This document shows positions 28,061-42,600 of a stretch of DNA of 64,000 nt, piece after piece. Each line of letters opens with the position of its first letter. Positions within the stretch are counted from its first letter, which is position 1. The DNA is taken from the NCBI RefSeq assembly GCF_009914755.1, contig NC_060925.1; one strand, written 5' to 3'. This DNA comes from the human T2T-CHM13v2.0 reference genome, Homo sapiens. The position numbers and the translations under genes are program-made. The notes under the pieces are model-generated. The model was not told where the DNA came from, made no database searches, and worked only from the letters and a program-made list of their open reading frames with translations.

Positions 28061-31000
28061 TCCATTCAATGAGGATTCCACTCGGTTCCATTTGATGATG
28101 ATTCCTTTGAATTCCGTTTGATGACAATTCAATTCAATACCAATTGATGATGGTTAATTTTGATTCCATTTGATGATGATTACTTTCGATTCCATTTGAT
28201 CATGATTCCATTCAATTCCACTCGATGATTCCATTCAATGATGATTCCATTCGAGTTCATTGACTATTCCATTCCATTTCAATCGATGATTCCTTTCAAG
28301 TCCATTCGATGATTCTATTCGATTGCATTCGATTATTCCATTCAATTGCATTCGATAATTCCATTCGATTCCATTTGAGGATAATTCCATTTGAGTCCAT
28401 TCGATGATTGTTCCATTCGATTCTATTCGGTGATTCCATTCGATTCCATTTGATAATGATTCCATTCGAGACCATTCGATGATTCCATTCAATTCCATTC
28501 AATAATGATTCCATTCGAGTCCATTCAACGATTCCATTCAAGTCCATTCGATGATTCCATCTGATTCCATTCAATGAATCCATGCGATTCCATTCTATGA
28601 TGATTCCATTCATTTCCATCTGATGATGATTCCATTCGATTCCATTCAATGATTCCTTTCGATTCCATTTGATGATGATTTCAATCAATTTCATTCGATG
28701 ATTCCATTCGAATCCATTCGATGATGAGTCCATCCATTTCAATTTCATGATAATTCCATTCCTTTCAATTCGATGGTGTTTCCATTCGATTCCATTCGAT
28801 GTTGATTCCATTAGTTTCCATTGGATGATGATTCCATTCTAGTCCATTCGATGATGATCACAATGGATTTCATTCCATAATTCTATTCGATTCCATTTGA
28901 TGATGATTCCATCTGATTCCATTTGATGATTCCATTCGTTTCCATCCGATGATGATTCCATTCGATTCCTTTCAATGATTATTCCATTCGAGTCCATTCG
29001 ATGATTCCATTCGATTCCATTCGATGATGATTGCATTCGGGTCCATGGATTCTTCAATTCCATTCCATTAGATGATTCCATTCCAGTCCATTCGATGATT
29101 CTCTTCTATTCCATTCGATAATTCCGTTTGATTCCCTTTGATGTTGATTCCATTCGAGTCCATTCGATGATAATTCCATTCGATTCTATGCGATGATTCC
29201 ATTCCATTCCATTTGGAGGTGGTTCCATTCGAGACCATTCGTTGATTGCATTCAATTCATTCGATGACGATTCCATTCAATTCCGTTCAATGATTCCATT
29301 AGATTCCATTTGATGATGATTCCATTCGATTCCATTTGATGATGATTCCATGCGATTCCATTAGATGATGACTCCTTTCATTTCCATTCAATGAGGATTC
29401 CATTCGGTTCCATTTGATGATGATTCCTTTGAATTCCATTTGATGACAATTCCATTCAACACCAATTGATGATGGTTATTTTAGATTCCATTTGATGATG
29501 ATTACATTCGATTCCATTTGATCATGATTCCATTCGATTCCACTCGATGATTCCATTCGATTCCATTCAATGATTATTCCATTTGAGTCGAATCGATGAC
29601 TCCATTCGATTGTATTCGATGGTGATTGAATTCGAGTCCATGGATTAATCCATTGCATTCCATTCGATGATTCCATTCGAGTCCATTCGATGATTCTATT
29701 CGATTGCATTCGATAATTCCATTCGATTGCATTCGATAAATCCATTTGATTCCATTTGAGGATAATTCCATTTGAGTCCATTCGATGATTGTTCCATTCG
29801 ATTCTATTCGGTGATTCCATTCGACTTCATTTGATAATGATTCCATTCGAGACCATTCGATGATTCTATTCAATTCCATTCAATAATGATTCCATTCGAG
29901 TCCATTCAACGATTCCATTCAAGTCCATTCGATGATTCCGTCTGATTGCATTCAATGAATCCATGCGATTCCATTCTATGATGATTCCATTCATTTCCAT
30001 CTGATGATGATTCCATTCGATTCCATTCAATGATTCCTTTCGATTCCATTTGATGATGATTTCAATCAATTTCATTCGATGATTACATTCGAATCCATTC
30101 GAGGATGAGTCCATCCATTTCTATTTCATGATAATTCCATTCGTTTCAATTCGATGGTGTTTCCATTCGATTCCATTCGATGTTGATTCCATTAGTTTCC
30201 ATTGGATGATGATTCCATTCGAGTCCATTCGATGATGATCACAATGGATTTCATTCCATAATTCTATTCGATTCCATTTGATGATGATTCCATCTGATTC
30301 CATTTGATGATTCCATTCGTTTCCATCCGATGATGATTCCATTCGATTCCGTTCAATGATTATTCCATTCGAGTCCATTCGATGATTCCATTCGATTCCA
30401 TTCGATGATGATTGCATTCGAGTCCATGGATTCTTCCATTCCATTCCATTAGATGATTCCATTCGAGTCCGTTCGATGATTCTCTTCGATTCCCTTCGAT
30501 AATTCCGTTTGATTCCGTTTGATGTTGATTCCATTCGAGTCCATTCGATGATAATTCCATTCGATTCTATGCAATGATTCCATTCCATTCCATTTGGAGA
30601 TGGTTCCATTCGAGACCATTCGTTGATTGCATTCAATTCATTCGATGACGATTCCATTCAATTCCGTTCAATGATTCCATTAGATTCCATTTGATGATGA
30701 TTCCATTCGATTCCATTTGATGATGATTCCATGTGATTCCATTAGATGATGACTCCTTTCATTTCCATACAATGAGGATTCCATTCGGTTCCATTTGATG
30801 ATGATTCCTTTGAATTCCATTTGATGACAATTCCATTCAACACCAATTGATGATGGTTATTTTAGATTCCATTTGATGATGATTACATTCGATTCCATTT
30901 GATCATGATTCCATTCGATTCCACTCGATGATTCCATTCGATTCCATTCAATGATTATTCCATTTGAGTCGATTCGATGACTCCATTCGATTGTATTCGA

Positions 31001-32366
31001 TGGTGATTGAATTCGAGTCCATGGATTAATCCATTGCATTCCATTCGATGATTCCATTCGAGTCCATTCGATGATTCTATTCGATTGCATTCGATAATTC
31101 CATTCGATTGCATTCGATAAATCCATTTGATTCCATTTGAGGATAATTCCATTTGAGTCCATTCGATGATTGTTCCATTCGATTCTATTCGGTGATTCCA
31201 TTCGACTTCATTTGATAATGATTCCATTCGAGACCATTCGATGATTCTATTCAATTCCATTCAATAATGATTCCATTCGAGTCCATTCAACGATTCCATT
31301 CAAGTCCATTCGATGATTCCATCTGATTCCATTCAATGAATCAATTCGATTCCATTCTATGATGATTCCATTCATTTCCATCTGATGATGATTCCATTCG
31401 ATTCCATTCAATGATTCCTTTCGATTCCATTTGATGATGATTTCAATCAATTTCATTCGATGATTCCATTCGAATCCATTCGATGATGAGTCCATCCATT
31501 TCAATTTCATGATAATTCCATTCGTTTCAATTCGATGGTGTTTCCATTCGATTCCATTCGATGTTGATTCCATTAGTTTCCATTGGATGATGATTCCTTT
31601 CGAGTCCATTCAATGATGATCACATTGGATTTCATTCCATAATTCTATTCGATTCCATTTGATGATGATTCCATCTGATTCCATTTGATGATCCCATTCG
31701 ATTCCATTCGATGATGATTCCATTCGTTTCCATCCGATGATGATTCCATTCGATTCCGTTCAATGATTATTCCATTCGCGTCCATTCGATGATTCCATTC
31801 GATTCCATTCGATGATGATTGCATTCGAGTCCATGGATTCTTCCATTCCATTCCATTAGATGATTCCATTCGAGTCCGTTCGATGATTCTCTTCGATTCC
31901 ATTCGATAATCCCGTTTGATTCCGTTTGATGTTGATTGCATTCGAGTCCATTCGATGATAATTCCATTCGATTCTATGCGATGATTCCATTTCATTCCAT
32001 TTGGAGATGGTTCCATTCGAGACCATTCGTTGATTGCATTCAATTCATTCGATGACGATTCCATTCAATTCCGTTCAATGATTCCATTAGATTCCATTTG
32101 ATGATGATTCCATTTGATTCCATTTGATGATGATTCCATGCGATTCCATTAGATGATGACTCCTTTCATTTCCATTCAATGAGGATTCCATTCGGTCCCA
32201 TTTGATGATGATTCCTTTGAATTCCGTTTGATGACTATTCCATTCAATACCAATTGATGATGGTAATTTTTGATTCCATTTGATGATGATTACTTTCGAT
32301 TCCATTTGATCATGATTCCATTCGGTTCCACTCGATGATTCCATTCAATGATGATTCCATTCGAGT
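28061..32366 (+). repeat. 12,273-bp higher-order repeat, truncated copy 3
   Basis: Matches 15788-20093 up to ...CCATTCGAGT at 32366, then switches to a different module (CCATGGATTAATCC). Confidence 0.9.
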
Positions 32367-35300
32367 CCATGGATTAATCCATTGCATTCCATTCGATGAT
32401 TCCATTCGAGTCCATTCGATGATTCTATTCGATTGCATTCGATAATTCCATTCGATTGCATTCGATAAATCCATTTGATTCCATTTGAGGATAATTCCAT
32501 TTGAGTCCATTCGATGATTGTTCCATTCGATTCTATTCGGTGATTCCATTCGACTTCATTTGATAATGATTCCATTCGAGACCATTCGATGATTCTATTC
32601 AATTCCATTCAATAATGATTCCATTCGAGTCCATTCAACCATTCCATTCAAGTCCATTCGATGATTCCATCTGATTCCATTCAATGAATCCATCCGATTC
32701 CATTCTATGATGATTCCATTCATTTCCATCTGATGATGATTCCATTCGATTCCATTCAATGATTCCTTTCGATTCCATTTGATGATGATTTCAATCAATT
32801 TCATTCGATGATTCCATTCGAATCCATTCGATGATGAGTCCATCCATTTCTATTTCATGATAATTCCATTCGTTTCAATTCGATGGTGTTTCCATTCGAT
32901 TCCATTCGATGTTGATTCCATTAGTTTCCATTGGATGATGATTCCATTCGGGTCCATTCAATGATGATCACATTGGATTTCATTCCATAATTCTATTCGA
33001 TTCCATTTGATGATGATTCCATCGGATTCCATTTGATGATCCCATTCGATTCCATTCGATGATGATTCCATTCGTTTCCATCCGATGATGACTCCATTCG
33101 ATTCCGTTCAATGATTATTCCATTCGAGTCCATTCGATGATTCCATTTTCGATTCCATTCGATGATGATTGCATTCGAGTCCATGGATTCTTCCACTCCA
33201 TTCCATTAGATGATTCCATTCGAGTCCGTTCGATGATTCTCTTCGATTCCATTCGATAATTCCTCTTGATTCCGTTTGATGTTGATTCCATTCGAGTCCA
33301 TTCGATGATAATTCCATTCGATTCTATGCGATGATTCCATTCCATTCCATTTGGAGATGGTTCCATTCGAGACCATTCGTTGATGGCATTCAATTCATTC
33401 GATGACGATTCCATTCAATTCCGTTCAATGATTCCATTAGATTCCATTTGATGATGATTCCATTCGATTCCATTTGATGATGATTCCATGCGATTCCATT
33501 AGATGATGACTCCTTTCATTTCCATTCAATGAGGATTCCATTCGGTTCCATTTGATGATGATTCCTTTCAATTCCGTTTGATGACAATTCCATTCAATAC
33601 CAATTGATGATGGTTATTTTTGATTCCATTTGATGATGATTACTTTCGATTCCATTTGATCATGATTCCATTCGATTCCACTCGATGATTCCATTCAATG
33701 ATGATTCCATTCGAGTTCATTCACTATTCCATTCCATTTCAATCGATGATTCCTTTCAAGTCCATTCGATGATTCTATTCGATTGCATTCGATTATTCCA
33801 TTCGATTGCATTCGATAATTCCATTCGATTCCATTTGAGGATAATTCCATTTGAGTCCATTCGATGATTGTTCCATTCGATTCTATTCGGTGATTCCATT
33901 CGATTCCATTTGATAATGATTCCATTCGCGACCATTCGATGATTCCATTCAATTCCATTCAATAATGATTCCATTCGAGTCCATTCAATGATTCCATTCA
34001 AGTCCATTCGATGATTCCATCTGATTCCATTCAATGAATCCATTCGATTCCATTCTATGATGATTCCATTCATTTCCATCTGATGATGATTCCATTCGAT
34101 TCCATTCAATGATTCCATTCGATTCCATTTGATGATGATTTCAATCAATTTCATTCGATGATTCCATTCGAATCCATTCGATGATGAGTCCATCCATTTC
34201 AATTTCATGATAATTCCATTCGTTTCAATTCGATGGTGTTTCCATTCGATTCCATTCGATGTTGATTGCATTAGTTTCCATTGGATGATGATTCCATTCG
34301 AGTCCATTCGATGATGATCACAATGGATTTCATTCCATAATTCTATTCGATTCCATTTGATGATGATTCCATCTGATTCCATTTGATGATTCCATTCGTT
34401 TCCATCCGATGATGATTCCATTCGATTCCATTCAATGATTATTCCATTCGAGTCCATTCGATGATTCCATTCGATTCCATTCGATGATGATTGCATTCGA
34501 GTCCATGGATTCTTCCATTCCATTCCATTAGATGATTCCATTCCAGTCCATTCGATGATTCTCTTCGATTCCATTCGATAATTCCGTTTGATTCCGTTTG
34601 ATGTTGATTCCATTCGAGTCCATTCGATGATAATTCCATTCGATTCTATGCGATGATTCCATTCCATTCCATTTGGAGGTGGTTCCATTCGAGACCATTC
34701 GTTGATTGCATTCAATTCATTCGATGATGATTCCATTCAATTCCGTTCAATGATTCCATTAGATTCCATTTGTTGATGATTCCATTCGATTCCATTTGAT
34801 GATGATTCCATGCGATTCCATTAGATGATGACTCCTTTCATTTCCATTCAATGAGGATTCCATTCGGTTCCATTTGATGATGATTCCTTTGAATTCCATT
34901 TGATGACAATTCCATTCAATACCAATTGATGATGTTTATTTTTGATTCCATTTGATGATGATTACATTCGATTCCATTTCATCATGATTCCATTCGATTC
35001 CACTGGATGATTCCATTCGATTCCATTCAATGATTATTCCACTTGAGTCGATTCGATGACTCCATTCGATTGTATTCGATGGTGATTGAATTCGAGTCCA
35101 TGGATTAATCCATTGCATTCCATTCGATGATTCCATTCGAGTCCATTCGATGATTCTATTCGATTGCATTCGATAATTCCATTCGATTGCATTCGATAAA
35201 TCCATTTGATTCCATTTGAGGATAATTCCATTTGAGTCCATTCGATGATTGTTCCATTCGATTCTATTCGGTGATTCCATTCGACTTCATTTGATAATGA

Positions 35301-36675
35301 TTCCATTCGAGACCATTCGATGATTCTATTCAATTCCATTCAATAATGATTCCATTCGAGTCCATTCAACGATTCCATTCAAGTCCATTCGATGATTCCA
35401 TCTGATTCCATTCAATGAATCCATGTGATTCCATTCTATGATGATTCCATTCATTTCCATCTGATGATGATTCCATTCGATTCCATTCAATGATTCCTTT
35501 CGATTCCATTTGATGGTGATTTCAATCAATTTCATTCGATGATTCCATTCGAATCCATTCGATGATGAGTCCATCCATTTCAATTTGATGATAATTCCAT
35601 TCGTTTCAATTCGATGGTGTTTCCATTCGATTGCATTCGATGTTGATTCCATTAGTTTCCATTGGATGATGATTCCATTCGAGAACATTCAATGATGATC
35701 ACATTGGATTTCATTCCATAATTCTATTCGATTCCATTTGATGATGATTCCATCTGATTCCATTTGATGATCCCATTCGATTCCATTCGATGATGATTCC
35801 ATTCGTTTCCATCCAATGATGATTCCATTCGATTCCGTTCAATGATTATTCCATTCGAGTCCATTCGATGATTCCATTCGATTCCATTTGATGATGATTG
35901 CATTCGGGTCCATGGATTCTTCCATTCCATTCCATTAGATGATTCCATTCGAGTCCGTTCGATGATTCTCTTCGATTCCATTCGATAATTCCGTTTGATT
36001 CCGTTTGATGTTGATTCCATTCGAGTCCATTCGATGATAATTCCATTCGGTTCTATGTGATGATTCCATTCCATTCCATTTGGAGATGGTTCCATTCGAG
36101 ACCATTCGTTGATTGCATTCAATTCATTCGATGACGATTCCATTCAATTCCGTTCAATGATTCCATTAGATTCCATTTGATGATGATTCCATTCGATTCC
36201 ATTTGATGATGATTCCATGCGATTCCATTAGATGATGACTCCTTTATTTTCCATTCAATGAGGATTCCATTCGGTTCCATTTGATGATGATTCCTTTGAA
36301 TTCCGTTTGATGACAATTCAATTCAATACCAATTGATGATGGTTATTTTTGATTCCATTTGATGATGATTACATTCGATTCCATTTGATCATGATTCCAT
36401 TCGATTCCACTCGATGATTCCATTCAATGATGATTCCATTCGAGTTCATTGACTATTCCATTCCATTTCAATCGATGATTCCTTTCAAGTCCATTCGATG
36501 ATTCTATTCGATTGCATTCGATTATTCCATTCGATTGCATTCGATAATTCCATTCGATTCCATTTGAGGATAATTCCATTTGAGTCCATTCGATGATTGT
36601 TCCATTCGATTCTATTCGGTGATTCCATTCGATTCCGTTTGATAATGATTCCATTCGAGACCATTCGATGATTCC

Positions 36676-39600
36676 ATTCAATTCCATTCAATAATGATTC
36701 CATTCGAGTCCATTCAACGATTCCATTCAAGTCCATTTGATGATTCCATCTGATTCCATTCAATGAATCCATGCGATTCCATTCTATGATGATTCCATTC
36801 ATTTCCATCTGATGATGATTCCATTCGATTCCTTTCAATGATTCCTTTCGATTCCATTTGATGATGATTTCAATCAATTTCATTCGATGATTCCATTCGA
36901 ATCCATTCGATGATGAGTCCATCCATTTCAATTTCATGATAATTCCATTCGTTTCAATTCGATGGTGTTTCCATTCGATTCCATTCGATGTTGATTCCAT
37001 TAGTTTCCATTGGATGATGATTCCATTCGAGTCCATTCGATGATGATCACAATGGATTTCATTCCGTAATTCTATTCGATTCCATTTGATGACGATTCCA
37101 TCTGATTCCATTTGATGATTCCATTCGTTTCCATCCGATGATGATTCCATTCGATTCCGTTCAATGATTATTCCATTCGAGTCCATTCGATGATTCCATT
37201 CGATTCCATTCGCTGATGATTGCATTCGAGTCCATGGATTCTTCCATTCCATTCCATTAGATGATTCCATTCCAGTCCATTCGATGATTCTCTTCGATTC
37301 CATTGGATAATTCCGTTTGATTCCGTTTGATGTTGATTCCATTCGAGTCCATTCGATGATAATTCCATTCGATTCTATGCGATGATTCCATTCCATTCCA
37401 TTTGGAGGTGGTTGCATTCGAGACCATTCGTTGATTGCATTCAATTCATTCGATGACCATTCCATTCAATTCCGTTCAATGATTCCATTAGATTCCATTT
37501 GATGATGATTCCATTCGATTCCATTTGATGATGATTCCATGCGATTCCATTAGATGATGACTCCTTTCATTTCCATTCAATGAGGATTCCATTCGGTTCC
37601 ATTTGATGATGATTCCTTTGAATTCCATTTGATGACAATTCCATTCAATACCAATTGATGATGTTTATTTTTGATTCCATTTGATGATGATTACATTCGA
37701 TTCCATTTGATCATGATTCCATTCGATTCCACTCGATGATTCCATTCGATTCCATTCAATGATTATTCCATTTGAGTCGATTCGATGACTCCATTCGATT
37801 GTATTCGATGGTGATTGAATTCGAGTCCATGGATTAATCCATTGCATTCCATTCGATGATTCCATTCGAGTCCATTCGATGATTCTATTCGATTGCATTC
37901 GATAATTCCATTCGATTGCATTCGATAAATCCATTTGATTCCATTTGAGGATAATTCCATTTGAGTCCATTCGATGATTGTTCCATTCGATTCTATTCGG
38001 TGATTCCATTCGACTTCATTTGATAATGATTCCATTCGAGACCATTCGATGATTCTATTCAATTCCATTCAATAATGATTCCATTCGAGTCCATTCAACG
38101 ATTCCATTCAAGTCCATTCGATGATTCCATCTGATTCCATTCAATGAATCCATGTGATTCCATTCTATGATGATTCCATTCATTTCCATCTGATGATGAT
38201 TCCATTCGATTCCATTCAATGATTCCTTTCGATTCCATTTGATGATGATTTCAATCAATTTCATTCGATGATTCCATTCGAATCCATTCGATGATGAGTC
38301 CATCCATTTCAATTTCATGACAATTCCATTCGTTTCAATTCGATGGTGTTTCCATTCGATTGCACTCGATGTTGATTCCATTAGTTTCCATTGGATGATG
38401 ATTCCATTCGAGTCCATTCAATGATGATCACATTGGATTTCATTCCATAATTCTATTCGATTCCATTTGATGATGATTCCATCTGATTCCATTTGATGAT
38501 CCCATTCGATTGCATTCGATGATGATTCCATTCGCTTCCATCCAATGATGAATCCATTCGATTCCGTTCAATGATTATTTCATTCGAGTCCATTCGATGA
38601 TTCCATTCGATTCCATTCGATGATGATTGCATTCGGGTCCATGGATTCTTCCATTCCATTCCATTAGATGATTCCATTCGAGTCCGTTCGATGATTCTCT
38701 TCGATTCCATTCGATAATTCCGTTTGATTCCGTTTGATGTTGATTCCATTCGAGTCCATTCGATGATAATTCCATTCGATTCTATGTGATGATTCCATTC
38801 CATTCCATTTGGAGATGCTTCCATTCGAGACCATTCGTTGATTGCATTCAATTCATTCGATGACGATTCCATTCAATTCCGTTCAATGATTCCATTAGAT
38901 TCCATTTGATGATGATTCCATTCGATTCCATTTGATGATGATTCCATGCGATTCCATTAGATGATGACTCCTTTATTTTCCATTCAATGAGGATTCCATT
39001 CGGTTCCATTTGATGATGATTCCTTTGAATTCCGTTTGATGACAATTCAATTCAATACCAATTGATGATGTTTATTTTTGATTCCATTTGATGATGATTA
39101 CATTCGATTCCATTTCATCATGATTCCATTCGATTCCACTCGATGATTCCATTCGATTCCATTCAATGATTATTCCACTTGAGTCGATTCGATGACTCCA
39201 TTCGATTGTATTCGATGGTGATTGAATTCGAGTCCATGGATTAATCCATTGCATTCCATTCGATGATTCCATTCGAGTCCATTCGATGATTCTATTCGAT
39301 TACATTCGATAATTCCATTCGATTGCATTCGATAAATCCATTTGATTCCATTTGAGGATAATTCCTTTTGAGTCCATTCGATGATTGTTCCATTCGATTC
39401 TATTCGGTGATTCCATTCGACTTCATTTGATAATGATTCCATTCGAGACCATTCGATGATTCTATTCAATTCCATTCAATATTGATTCCATTCGAGTCCA
39501 TTCAACGATTCCATTCAAGTCCATTCGATGATTCCATCTGATTCCATTCAATGAATCCATGCGATTCCATTCTATGATGATTCCATTCATCTCCATCTGA

Positions 39601-42600
39601 TGATGATTCCTTTCGATTCCATTCAATGATTCCTTTCGATTCCATTTGATGATGATTTCAATCAATTTCATTCGATGATTCCATTCGAATCCATTCGATG
39701 ATGAGTCCATCCATTTCAATTTCATGATAATTCCATTCGTTTCAATTCGATGGTGTTTCCATTCGATTCCATTCGATGTTGATTCCATTAGTTTCCATTG
39801 GATGATGATTCCATTCGAGTCCATTCAATGATGATCACATTGGATTTCATTCCATAATTCTATTCGATTCCATTTGATGATGATTCCATCTGATTCCATT
39901 TGATGATCCCATTCGATTCCATTCGTTGATGATTCCATTCGTTTCCATCCGATGATGATTCCATTCGATTCCGTTCAATGATTATTCCATTCGAGTCCAT
40001 TCGATGATTCCATTCGATTCCATTCGATGATGATTGCATTCGAGTCCATGGATTCTTCCATTCCATTCCATTAGATGATTCCATTCGAGTCCGTTTGATG
40101 ATTCTTTTCGATTCCATTCGATAATTCCGTTTGATTCCGTTTGATGTTGATTCCATTCGAGTCCATTCGATGATAATTCCATTCGATTCTATGTGATGAT
40201 TCCACTGCAATCCATTTGGAGATGGTTCCATTCGAGACCATTCCTTGATTGCATTCAATTCATTCGATGACGATTCCATTCAATTCCGTTCAATGATTCC
40301 ATTAGATTCCATTTGATGATGATACCATTCGATTCCATTTGATATTGATTCCATGCGATTCCATTAGATGATGACTCCTTTCATTTCCATTCAATGAGGA
40401 TTCCATTCAGTTCCATTTGATGATGATTCCTTTGAATTCCGTTTGATGACAATTCCATTCAATACCAATTGATGATGGTTATTTTTGATTCCATTTGATG
40501 ATGATTACTTTCGATTCAATTTGTTCATGATTCTATTCGATTCCACTCGATGATTCCATTCAATGATGTTTCCATTCGATTTCATTGACTATTCCATTCC
40601 GTTTCAATCGATGATTCCTTTAAAGTCCATTCGATGATTCTATTCGATTGCATTCGGTTATTCCATTCGATTGCATTCGATAATTCCATTCTATTCCATT
40701 TGAGGATAATTCCATTTGAGTCCATTCGATGATTGTTCCATTCGATTCTATTCGGTGATTCCATTCGATTCCATTTGATAATGATTCCTTTCGAGACCAT
40801 TCGATGATTCCATTCAATTCCATTCAATAATGATTCCATTCGGGTCCATTCAATGATTCCATTCAAGTCCATTCGATGATTCCATATGATTCCATTCAAT
40901 GAATCCATTCGATTCCATTCTATGATGATTCCATTCATTTCCATCTGATGATGATTCCATTCGATTCCATTCAATGATTCCATTCGATTCCATTTGATGA
41001 TGATTTCAATCAATTTCATTCGATGATTCCATTCGAATCCATTCGATGATGAGTCCATCCATTTCAATTTCATGATAATTCCATTCGTTTCAATTCGATG
41101 GTGTTTCCATTCGATTCCATTCGATGTTGATTCCATTAGTTTCCATTGGATGATGATTCCATTCGAGTCCATTCGATGATGATCAAAATGGATTTCATTC
41201 CATAATTCTATTCGATTCCATTTGATGATGATTCCATCTGATTCCATTTGATGATTCCATTCGTTTCCATTCGATGATGATTGCATTCGAGTCCATGGAT
41301 TCTTCCATTCCATTCCATTAGATGGTTCCATTCGAGACCATTCGATGATTCTCTTCGATTCCATTCGATAATTCCGTTTGATTCCGTTTGATGTTGATTC
41401 CATTCGAGTCCATTCGATGATAATTCCATTCGATTCTATGCAATGATGCCATTCCATTCCATTTGGAGGTGGTTCCATTCGAGACCATTCGTTGATTGCA
41501 TTCAATTCATTCGATGACGATTCAATTCAATTCCGTTCAATGATTCCATTAGATTCCATTTGATGATGATTCCATTCGATTCCATTTGATGATGATTCAA
41601 TGCGATTCCATTAGATGATGACTCCTTTCATTTCCATTCAATGAGGATTCCATTCGGTTCCATTTGATGATGATTCCTTTGAATTCCATTTGATGACAAT
41701 TCCATTCAATACCAATTGATGATGGTTATTTTTGATTCCATTTGATGATGATTACATTCGATTCCATTTGATCATGATTCCATTCGATTCCACTCGATGA
41801 TTCCATTCGATTCCATTCAATGATTATTCCATTTGAGTCGATTCGATGACTCCATTCGATTGTATTCGATGGTGATTGAATTCGAGTCCATGGATTAATC
41901 CATTGCATTCCATTCGATGATTCCATTCGAGTCCATTCGATGATTCTATTCGATTGCATTCGATAATTCCATTCGATTGCATTCGATAAATCCATTTGAT
42001 TCCATTTGAGGATAATTCCATTTGAGTCCATTCGATGATTGTTCCATTCGATTCTATTCGGTGATTCCATTCGACTTCATTTGATAATGATTCCATTCGA
42101 GACCATTCGATGATTCTATTCAATTCCATTCAATAATGATTCCATTCGAGTCCATTCAACGATTCCATTCAAGTCCATTTGATGATTCCATCTGATTCCA
42201 TTCAATGAATCCATGCGATTCCATTCTATGATGATTCCATTCATTTCCATCTGATGATGATTCCATTCGATTCCTTTCAATGATTCCTTTCGATTCCATT
42301 TGATGATGATTTCAATCAATTTCATTCGATGATTCCATTCGAATCCATTCGATGATGAGTCCATCCATTTCAATTTCATGATAATTCCATTCGTTTCAAT
42401 TCGATGGTGTTTCCATTCGATTCCATTCGATGTTGATTCCATTAGTTTCCATTGGATGATGATTCCATTCGAGTCCATTCGATGATGATCACAATGGATT
42501 TCATTCCGTAATTCTATTCGATTCCATTTGATGACGATTCCATCTGATTCCATTTGATGATTCCATTCGTTTCCATCCGATGATGATTCCATTCGATTCC

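Noticed and set aside
33685-33867. The only plus-strand ORF (60 aa)
   Set aside because: It arises from a single private G>C change at 33722 (TTGACT to TTCACT) that removes a TGA, so it is a chance product.
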